Shown in pieces: positions 56,779 to 64,000 of a DNA stretch of 64,000 nt. Position 1 is the stretch's first letter. Every line of letters starts with the position of its first letter. The stretch comes from Planctomycetota bacterium (lineage in GTDB: Bacteria; Planctomycetota; UBA11346), in NCBI GenBank assembly GCA_038231435.1, contig JBBRLJ010000001.1, positions 96,001 through 160,000 of the forward strand, given 5' to 3'. Made by a program: the position numbers and the translations under genes. Below the pieces are notes generated by a model. That model had not been told where the DNA came from, did no database searches, and saw nothing but the letters and a program-made list of their open reading frames with translations.

Positions 56779-57699
56779 ATGAAGATCCTCATCACCGGCG
56801 CCTGCGGGCTCGTCGCCCGCTCCCTCATCGCCGAACTCGAATCCAACCACCAGCTGACCCTGGTCGACCGCACCGACCCGCGCGAAGCGACGGTGTTCTC
56901 ACCCGGTTCGGCTGAACGCAAGAAGGTGCCGCTCGAGACCCGCTGGCCGTTCATCAAGGCCGAGATCACCGACCACGCGGCGATGCGCGAAGCGGTGCGC
57001 GGCCATGACGCGGTCATCCATCTCGCCGCCGCCGTCACCGGCCTGCCCGAGCACGGCGTCGAGACCATGCACGCCAACGTCTGCGGCACCTTCGCGGTGC
57101 TCGACGCCTGCCGGCTCGAGGGCGTGAAGCGCTTCCTGTGCGCGTCGTCGATCAATGCCTTCGGCACCATCTACTGGCGCGTCAGCGGCAAGGCCCCGGT
57201 CTACACCAGCATGCCGTTGACCGAGGACTTCGCCGTCCAGGTCGAGGATCCCTACAGCCTCAGCAAGTACGTCAACGAGCTGACCTGCGCGGCGTTCACC
57301 CGCGGTTACGGCATGACCACCGCCGCCTTCCGCTTCGCCGGCATTATCACCGACCAGCAGTACCGCGAGGCGCTGGCCTGGGACGGCACCATCACCTCGT
57401 GGTCGGACGACCTCTTCCAGTGGGTGCATCTCGAGGACGTCGCGCACGGCATCCGCCAGGCCGTCGAGCATCCGAATCTACCCGCGCATGGCGTCTACAC
57501 CCTGGGCGCCGCGGACACCCGCGCCAACGAGACTACCATGCAGCTGCTCGAGCGTTTCCGCCCCGACCTGGCGGCGAACCTCACCAAGCCGCTGCCTGGC
57601 CGCACCGCGCTGATGTCGATCGACGCCGCGCGCCAGGCCTTCGGCTACGAGCCGCGCTTCCGCATGGAGCGCAAGATCCAGCGCGCCGCGGCGCGCTGA
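56779..57699 (+). CDS. NAD-dependent epimerase/dehydratase (extended SDR)
   Basis: ILITGACG, DAVIHLAA, ASS, YSLSK. Confidence 0.9.
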   Translation: MKILITGACGLVARSLIAELESNHQLTLVDRTDPREATVFSPGSAERKKVPLETRWPFIKAEITDHAAMREAVRGHDAVIHLAAAVTGLPEHGVETMHANVCGTFAVLDACRLEGVKRFLCASSINAFGTIYWRVSGKAPVYTSMPLTEDFAVQVEDPYSLSKYVNELTCAAFTRGYGMTTAAFRFAGIITDQQYREALAWDGTITSWSDDLFQWVHLEDVAHGIRQAVEHPNLPAHGVYTLGAADTRANETTMQLLERFRPDLAANLTKPLPGRTALMSIDAARQAFGYEPRFRMERKIQRAAAR

Positions 57700-57701
57700 G
57701 C

Positions 57702-58859
57702 GTGGGGCCGGCCAGGGCGTTGCTCGGTGTGCTCGCGGCATTTGCCGCCATGACCGCGGCGCCTGTCGCGCTCACGGCGGCCGAAATCACGAGCGATGTC
57801 TGGCTGATCTCGGGCCAATCGAACGCCTGCGGCTGGGCGGTCGGCGAGGGACACCAGCCTGACCCGCGCGTCCAGATCTACGATCCGGCGAAACGCGCGT
57901 GGGCGATGGCGGCGGAACCGCTGGCCCTGCTGCACGGCACCGGCGTCGGGCCTTGGCACTCCGCAGCGCTCGTGGTCGCGCAAGGCGGCATCAAGGTGGG
58001 CCTCACCGGATTCGCGGATCCGGGCAAGCCGATCGCGAACTGGGATCCCGGCGCGGTCGACATGGTCGGCCTCGAACGCAGCATCCACGAGCAGGGCGGC
58101 GAGGGCGCCGGCGTATTCCTATGGTACCAGGGCGAAAGCGATGCGAACACCGCGATGGATACGCCGACCTACCAGGCGAAGCTGCGCGATCTGATCGCCC
58201 GGGTTCGAAAGTCGGCGAGGAATCCGACGATGACCGCGGTGATCATCCAACTCGCCTACTGGGGACCTTCCGTAGCCAATGCCGTCGCCATCCGCGAGGC
58301 GCAGCGCTGCTTCGTCATCGATGACGGCAATGCGCTGCTGGTTCCGGCCCTCGGCCTGCCGATGCAGGGAGACGGCGGCCACCTGACGCGCGAGGGCTAC
58401 TTCTCGCTCGGCGAGCGGATCGCAAAAGCGCTGCTCAAGACCCGCTACCATCGCAAGGACATCGATTGGCCAGGCCCGGTGCTCGACGCCGCCACGCTGG
58501 GGCAGGGCGGCACCGTGATGGCGCACTTCGCCGAGACCAAGCGCATCGCCGCCTGCGCCGCGGGTGACTTCTGCGTGCTGGACAAGGATGGCGTGAACAC
58601 GTGCACCGAGGCTCAGGCGCAGGGCACCCGCGTCGCGCTCTCGTTCGCGCGTCCGGTGAAGCCGCCCGCGCGGCTGGTAGTGGGATACGGCCAGGCCATA
58701 CCCCTCACTCTGGCGGACGAGGCGGGAAACCCCGGTCCGGCGGCGATTCTCCAGATCGCCGCGGGAGCCGTTCCTGGCGATGGCGTGACCTCGGCCCCCA
58801 ACGGGGCAGGTCGCCCCTCAGAGGCCGGGATGCACACCGTCAATAAGCCAAGCCACTAG
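57702..58859 (+). CDS. secreted sialate O-acetylesterase (SASA/CE6-like)
   Basis: Signal peptide, ISGQSNA, WYQGESD, DGGHL; start 57702 or 57750. Confidence 0.85.
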   Translation: MGPARALLGVLAAFAAMTAAPVALTAAEITSDVWLISGQSNACGWAVGEGHQPDPRVQIYDPAKRAWAMAAEPLALLHGTGVGPWHSAALVVAQGGIKVGLTGFADPGKPIANWDPGAVDMVGLERSIHEQGGEGAGVFLWYQGESDANTAMDTPTYQAKLRDLIARVRKSARNPTMTAVIIQLAYWGPSVANAVAIREAQRCFVIDDGNALLVPALGLPMQGDGGHLTREGYFSLGERIAKALLKTRYHRKDIDWPGPVLDAATLGQGGTVMAHFAETKRIAACAAGDFCVLDKDGVNTCTEAQAQGTRVALSFARPVKPPARLVVGYGQAIPLTLADEAGNPGPAAILQIAAGAVPGDGVTSAPNGAGRPSEAGMHTVNKPSH

Positions 58860-58937
58860 GAGACGCCGCCTCCACATCTGTCTCGCCGATCGACAGACCG
58901 CATCCAGGAAGTTCCATTCACACTTCCGATGCCGTCA

Positions 58938-58948
58938 TGTGGTATCAT
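58938..58948 (+). promoter_or_regulatory. extended -10 promoter TGTGgTATCAT
   Basis: TRTGnTAnnnT match 18 nt upstream of the kinase ATG. Confidence 0.5.
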
Positions 58949-58966
58949 ATGGAGTGAGTACACGGC

Positions 58967-61900
58967 ATGCCTGAGGGGTCGAGTGTCGGCGGCGGTCCAC
59001 CGCCCGCCTCCGAGCAGGCATTCTCACGCACCGTCCCCGGCGATTCGTTGACAGCCGAGGGAGCGCAGGCTCATTACCTGCGCACCCAGACCACCGGCTT
59101 CGCTCCGCGACAACCCACAGCCGAGGCGGGACCACCGGTGCTCGCCGGCGAGGCCCTGGGGGAGCGTCTGCGCTCGCACGGACTGCTCTCCGATCAGGAG
59201 CCGACGAGCGGCACGCGTTACGAATTGCACGGGATGCTCGGGGTCGGCGCCACCGGCCAGGTCTTTGCCGTGCGCGACCGCAACCTCGGCCGCGAAGTCG
59301 CGGTGAAGGTGCTCACCACCACCGCGGTGGCCGATCGTTCCGGCGTAGCATCGTTCATCGACGAGGCGCGCATCACCGCGTCGCTGACCCATCCCAACGT
59401 GCTGCCGGTGTACGAGATCGACATCACCAGCCAGGGGCAGCCCTACTTCACCATGGGCAAGGTCTCGGGCCAGACCCTGGGCGAGGCGATCCAGCGATCC
59501 ACGGACGGACACCGTGATGCGCGGATCGCATCCACCAACGCGCTGGTCAGCATCATCATCGGCGTCGGCAACGCGCTCTCGTACGCGCACGACCACGGCC
59601 TCGTCCACCAGGACATCAAGCCCGACAATATCCTGCTCGGCGATTTCGGCGAAGTCCTGGTCCTGGATTGGGGCAGCGCCACGCAGTGGCCCACCACGGG
59701 AACCTCCAAGCTCTACGGCACGCCCATCTACATGAGCCCCGAGCAGGCTCGACGCGAACAATCGACTCCACTGAGCGACGTGTACTGCCTTGGCGCCACG
59801 CTGTTCCATGCGCTTCTGCTGCGCTTCCCGACCTGGGCAGATGATCCGGAGACGTTCTGGGAGCGGAAGCAGCGCGGCGAGATCGATCCACCGACCAGTG
59901 ATGAGCTGCGCGCGGCTCCGCGTGCGCTGGTCGAGATCAGCCTCAAGGCGATGGCGCCGCAGTCGGCCCACCGCTATCCCACCATGAAGGAACTGGTGCG
60001 GGATCTCGAACGCTACCAGGCGGGGTTCGCGGTGACCGCGCTGCGCGAGGGCTGGCGCCTGAGCCTGCTGCGCTGGTACCGCAGGAATCGCCGTGTGTTC
60101 TGGATCTCCACGGCTGCCGTGGCAATGGTATCAGCGATCGGGACGGCGCTCGTGGGCGAGAAGCTGAAGGAGCGCCAGGATTGGTCGGGCCCATGCAACC
60201 TGGATCTGGTCCACGCCACGCCAGAGAACCTGTCGGCGGAGTGGGACCTGATGACCAAGCCTGCATGGGGCCCAGGCACCTGGGAGTCGGTGCCCTTCAC
60301 CGACGCGCAGAAATTCAGTTATGGCGGCGGATCACTCGATCTCATCTGCGGCAACTATGCGCTCGACCTGGAATGGAAGCGCACCATCAGCGGCGATTTC
60401 AAGGTCGAATGGGACTACACCGCGATTCGCACCCAACAGAACCTCAACTGCTTCATCGGCGACAATCGCGAGTCCGGCTACACCTTCCATATCTCGTCTT
60501 GGGGTGACACCACCTTCATGGTGATGACCACCGGGGCGGAATTCCGCATGGTGGACATGCGGGTCGCTGAGCGTCCATTCGTCATGAACCACGCCTACCA
60601 TTTCGTCATGGAAAGGAAGGACCGGCACGCGCAGCTCAGCATCGACGGAAATAAAGTCCTCGATTTCATGGATGTCGAGCACGAATTGCCGCAACGCTTC
60701 GGCTTGGACTGCTTTACCAACCAGGATCTGCGCATCGCCAACCTGCACGTCTATCAGCGCCCCCTGCCGCAGCGCGTCTCACCGCTGGCGGTGGCCGCGA
60801 AACTCTACCAACTGGGGAACTTCGTCGAGGCCGAGCGCCAATATCAGGAGATCGCCAGCGCGTACCCGGGAAGCGATCTGGCGGTGAACGCATCGTTTTG
60901 GCTGGGCATGTGCGCTCTTCGCCTAGCGCACGTGGATCGCGGGATCGCGCTGCTCGAGTCGTTCGAGAAAGGCAATCCACGCCACGAACTGGTCCCATTC
61001 TCGCTCCATGCCCGCCTGGTGAATGCTGTCGAGTCGCATGATGATGAGGTCGAACGCACGTTGCGCACAGCCCTTGCCGCATTCCCTGGGCACCCGATAT
61101 CATGTACGGTGCTGCGCGAATTGGGCGAGGAGCGTCTCGAGCTGCTCAAACCCAAGCCGGTCGAGGATCCCTCGGACGACCCCTATCCGCCTGATATCGC
61201 GGAGCGCATCGTCGCAGCCATCGCCGAGATCCGGCAGTGGTCGGATCGCTACCGCACGCCGTGGCAGAACAACGCCTTCATCAGCGCCGCCGGCTTGCGC
61301 CTGATCCAGCTGGGACGGCTCGATGACGCCTTCGCCTCAATTCCGCGAGGAACCCACGAATACGCCCAAGCACTCTACCAGGCGGGCCAGTTCGACCGTG
61401 AGCTGGCCGAATATCCGACCAACAGCTGGTTGCATTCGGCGATCTCGAATTGCAGCCGTTCCGCGGAAGAGCTCTTCGCCGGCAAGGGCGACGAATGGAA
61501 TGTCACCTTCAAGCAGTACGTGCGGGGTGAGTTCGAACCGTTGCTCGCCAATCCCGACGATGCGTTGTGCGTCGAGATCCTTCTCGGCCAGAGGCGATGG
61601 GAGGACATCCTGCGCCTCTATCCCGAGACACCCCGTGACGACAGCGCCGATCGCAGCCCCCGTTTCCTCGCCATGATCGCGCTCGGCCGTTACGACGACG
61701 TGCTCGCGCAGGCCAAACATCCGCGCATGCGAGCGATGGCCGAGATCGCCGCTGGCCACATCGAGCAGGGCCTGGCGGAAGGCCGTGATCACGAGGAGAT
61801 CCGCTCTCTCGTCGGCTTACGCTGGCGAGAGGCCAACGATCCACGCGGCGTGGCCCTGCTCGAACGCGTCGCCGCCGGTCCCACCGACTTCACGCAGCAG

Positions 61901-62269
61901 TCGACCATGTTCTCGCACCATCTCCTGGCCCCGATGGTGCAAGCCATTGGGGGCGATCGCGGCGCGGCTCGAGACCGCATAGCGTTGGTCTCGAAGCGGT
62001 ACCCGATCCAATACATGCAGCAGCTCCACAAGCTGGCGGATCTCGTGCTGGGTACCATCGACGACGCGGCATACCTCGCGCAGCCGGTGCACTACGGCAC
62101 CGAGGCGCGTCTCGTTCTCGGCCATGCGCTGCGTGCGGAACTGGAAGGCGATCCCCGCGCCGCGCTCGCCGCGTACCAGGCGTTCATGGCGGTGCCGTTC
62201 AACCACCTGACGCGCGAGATCCTCGAGGATGCATTCGTCGCATGGCGGATCAGGGCCCTGTCTTTGTGA
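58967..62269 (+). CDS. Hanks-type Ser/Thr protein kinase with TM, beta-sandwich and TPR-like domains
   Basis: LGVGATGQV, VAVK, EARITASLTHPN, HQDIKPDN, DWG, GTPIYMSPEQ, SDVYCLG; TM VFWISTAAVAMVSAIGTALV; TPR-like helices. Confidence 0.92.
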   Translation: MPEGSSVGGGPPPASEQAFSRTVPGDSLTAEGAQAHYLRTQTTGFAPRQPTAEAGPPVLAGEALGERLRSHGLLSDQEPTSGTRYELHGMLGVGATGQVFAVRDRNLGREVAVKVLTTTAVADRSGVASFIDEARITASLTHPNVLPVYEIDITSQGQPYFTMGKVSGQTLGEAIQRSTDGHRDARIASTNALVSIIIGVGNALSYAHDHGLVHQDIKPDNILLGDFGEVLVLDWGSATQWPTTGTSKLYGTPIYMSPEQARREQSTPLSDVYCLGATLFHALLLRFPTWADDPETFWERKQRGEIDPPTSDELRAAPRALVEISLKAMAPQSAHRYPTMKELVRDLERYQAGFAVTALREGWRLSLLRWYRRNRRVFWISTAAVAMVSAIGTALVGEKLKERQDWSGPCNLDLVHATPENLSAEWDLMTKPAWGPGTWESVPFTDAQKFSYGGGSLDLICGNYALDLEWKRTISGDFKVEWDYTAIRTQQNLNCFIGDNRESGYTFHISSWGDTTFMVMTTGAEFRMVDMRVAERPFVMNHAYHFVMERKDRHAQLSIDGNKVLDFMDVEHELPQRFGLDCFTNQDLRIANLHVYQRPLPQRVSPLAVAAKLYQLGNFVEAERQYQEIASAYPGSDLAVNASFWLGMCALRLAHVDRGIALLESFEKGNPRHELVPFSLHARLVNAVESHDDEVERTLRTALAAFPGHPISCTVLRELGEERLELLKPKPVEDPSDDPYPPDIAERIVAAIAEIRQWSDRYRTPWQNNAFISAAGLRLIQLGRLDDAFASIPRGTHEYAQALYQAGQFDRELAEYPTNSWLHSAISNCSRSAEELFAGKGDEWNVTFKQYVRGEFEPLLANPDDALCVEILLGQRRWEDILRLYPETPRDDSADRSPRFLAMIALGRYDDVLAQAKHPRMRAMAEIAAGHIEQGLAEGRDHEEIRSLVGLRWREANDPRGVALLERVAAGPTDFTQQSTMFSHHLLAPMVQAIGGDRGAARDRIALVSKRYPIQYMQQLHKLADLVLGTIDDAAYLAQPVHYGTEARLVLGHALRAELEGDPRAALAAYQAFMAVPFNHLTREILEDAFVAWRIRALSL

Positions 62270-62370
62270 ACGCGTGCGCCGCTAGGCCGTGGTAGCGATG
62301 GACACGGATCTGCGTAGTGCACCGTTAGAAGCCATGCGCGCTCCGCCGCCCATGTCGGCGGGTTGACGAA

Positions 62371-63471
62371 TCAGGGAGACATACTCGAAAAGACCGCGAT
62401 GACCGGCGTCTGTCCGGATACGCTGATCTCGATCGTCCGTTCGCGGGCCATGCCCGGAAACGCCAGCAGCTCGGGCGCGTGCGTGAGCGTCACGATCACT
62501 CCTCCTGGCGCGAGCACCCGCAGGGATTCCGCGCTGATCCGCGTGTAGAGATCGCCGATATCGGCGCCGGCGTTCACCTGCACGCCCCAGGGGAGATTGC
62601 ACACCAGGCGATCCACCGATGCGTCCGCGAGCGGAAGCGCGCGGGCGTCCCAGCGCGCGGGTGGCGCGAGCCCGGCGACGGCGGAGGCGGAGGCGGAGGC
62701 GGTATTGTCGCGCGCCACTGCCACCGCCGCGGGATCGATATCCCCGCCGATCGCGCATGCCCCGGCTGCGCCGGCCTCGATGACGATGGTCCCGGCTCCG
62801 CAGCACGGATCGACGGCCAGGTGCCCGCGTCCGATGCGCGCGAGCGCGACCATGGCGGCGGCGATCGAGGGCCGCAGCGAGCCGGGGACATGGGCCCGCT
62901 TGTAGCCGCGCTCGTGCAGCGGACGCGCGGCCAGGCGTACCCCGAGGTGGGCGCGCTCGTGCTCGATGAATACGCGCAGGTTGAGATCCGACTCGTCGTC
63001 GCGTTCGCGATGCTCCCAACCGTGGCGGGCGGCGACCGCCCCGGCGATCGCCGCCTTGATCTCCTCGTTGCCGTAGTTGCGCTTCCCGACGAAGCTCGGC
63101 GTGACCGAGAACGTCGGCCGCGCCGCGATCGATCGCACCGCGGCGCATGCGCGTTGCGCAGGTCGTAGATCGAGCCTGGAAGCGAGCGCGGTCAGCTCGG
63201 CGAGCACGCTGCGCGGTCGGCCGATGCCGCTCCAGGACGCGACCTCGAGGAAGACGTCATCCACGCAGCGCAGCGCCAGCAGCGCTCCCGCGTCCGCACA
63301 GCGGGCCGATACGCGCCGATACGCGGTCTCGAGCACCACCGCGCCGGGGATGCGGCCGATCTCCTCTGCCGCCACCGGCTCGAGACCGCGCGTGGCCAGG
63401 GCGAAGACGCCAGTCGCAGCCGGCGTGCGGGTCTCGATGGCCCGCGTGGATGTTCCAACGTCCTCGGCCAT
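62371..63471 (-). CDS. THUMP-domain RNA methyltransferase (UPF0020, TrmN/RlmL-like)
   Basis: TRGLE, LHERGY, SLRPSIAAAM, DPCCGAGTI, GGDID, NLPWG; start 63471 or 63480. Confidence 0.88.
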   Translation of the reverse strand: MAEDVGTSTRAIETRTPAATGVFALATRGLEPVAAEEIGRIPGAVVLETAYRRVSARCADAGALLALRCVDDVFLEVASWSGIGRPRSVLAELTALASRLDLRPAQRACAAVRSIAARPTFSVTPSFVGKRNYGNEEIKAAIAGAVAARHGWEHRERDDESDLNLRVFIEHERAHLGVRLAARPLHERGYKRAHVPGSLRPSIAAAMVALARIGRGHLAVDPCCGAGTIVIEAGAAGACAIGGDIDPAAVAVARDNTASASASAVAGLAPPARWDARALPLADASVDRLVCNLPWGVQVNAGADIGDLYTRISAESLRVLAPGGVIVTLTHAPELLAFPGMARERTIEISVSGQTPVIAVFSSMSP

Positions 63472-63653
63472 CGGCAGCATGCTCGTCCGCTCACACTCGC
63501 CCGCAATGCCCTCCGCCATCATGGACGCGGGCGCCCATGGGACCAACGCTTCTCAAACCTCTCTTGTACACGGCTGAGCGTATGGGGGCGTAGGGCTCGT
63601 GGCGCCCCTGTACGGGATGCGAGGATAGTTCCTATCTGCCCAGCAGATGTGGT

Positions 63654-63659
63654 TATAAT
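63654..63659 (+). promoter_or_regulatory. consensus -10 (TATAAT) upstream of the BlaI-family gene
   Basis: Perfect hexamer in a GC-rich genome, in the divergent intergenic region. Confidence 0.45.
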
Positions 63660-63736
63660 GAGGTCCTCGGGCATGCCGCTGCCCGTCATCGACTGCCGAT
63701 CAGGGCAGTACTTCCATAGCGGCAGGATGGCTATTT

Positions 63737-64000
63737 ATGATCACCGATTCCCTCGAACCCCTCGACCCGAATCACCACGAGGTGCATGTGGCTCATGTCG
63801 ATCCGGCCAACAAGCCGGTCGAGCAGGTCGGACCACTGCAACTCCGCGTCATGCACTTCATCTGGAAGCATGGTCCTTCGACTGTGCAGACGGTGATGAC
63901 GGCTCTCAACGGCGACCATGGCTCCCGGCCGTTGGCCTACACCACCTTCCTGACCGTGATGCGCAACCTGGCGCGGCGCAATCTGCTCGAACAGAAGAAG
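63737..64000 (+). CDS. BlaI/MecI/CopY family transcriptional regulator, 3'-truncated (absent from the supplied ORF track)
   Basis: Manual translation: MITDSLEPLDPNHHEVHVAHVDPANKPVEQVGPLQLRVMHFIWKHGPSTVQTV...LAYTTFLTVMRNLARRNLLEQKK. Confidence 0.88.
   Translation, partial: MITDSLEPLDPNHHEVHVAHVDPANKPVEQVGPLQLRVMHFIWKHGPSTVQTVMTALNGDHGSRPLAYTTFLTVMRNLARRNLLEQKK

Noticed and set aside
57138..58859. Possible SDR-esterase frameshift fusion
   Set aside because: The SDR ends normally at 57699, and the esterase has its own signal peptide starting just after.
62680..62702. (GGCGGA)n repeat
   Set aside because: In-frame hexamer encoding ASASAS low-complexity sequence in the methyltransferase.
63560..63615. 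BlaI/CopY TACA-NN-TGTA operator
   Set aside because: Only TGTACA and TGTAC fragments are present, not the canonical spacing.
1..64000. Hundreds of long overlapping or antisense ORFs in the six-frame track
   Set aside because: Expected from stop-codon scarcity at high GC. They are Arg/Ala/Pro-rich shadows of genes that carry clear family motifs.
1..64000. CRISPR arrays, tRNA/rRNA, IS elements, integrases, prophage
   Set aside because: I saw no regularly spaced repeats, cloverleaf or rRNA signatures, or transposase/integrase/phage motifs by eye.

Overview
High-GC, gene-dense bacterial chromosomal window with about 50 CDS. I saw no rRNA, tRNA, CRISPR array, transposase or phage genes. The gene mix (ECF sigma + long FecR anti-sigma, several AraC and PhyH paralogues, eukaryote-type Ser/Thr kinase, GH5/GH44/GH78 CAZymes, SASA esterase) suggests a Planctomycetota/PVC organism; this is inference, not a database result. 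Main points: (1) A translationally coupled 7-gene operon (21650->15178): FabH-like KAS III, ACP, N-acyl amino acid synthase-type acyltransferase, stand-alone ThiF adenylyltransferase and a DevBCA-like exporter. It looks like a self-contained biosynthesis and export cluster for an N-acyl amino acid or oxazolone-type lipid. (2) A DUF2946-like His/CxxC leader peptide ending in an RGPP arrest motif. Its PPS codons are perfectly complementary to the Shine-Dalgarno region of the downstream porin-ZnuABC-like metal uptake operon, suggesting a ribosome-stalling switch. (3) A structured ~130-nt leader that sequesters the SD of an ankyrin gene and has pseudoknot or alternative pairing, a candidate cis-regulatory RNA. 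(4) A 2200-aa alpha-2-macroglobulin-like protein with no thioester motif and unusual termini. Several candidate operators and promoters are also visible. All product calls come from motif recognition only and were not confirmed by searches.
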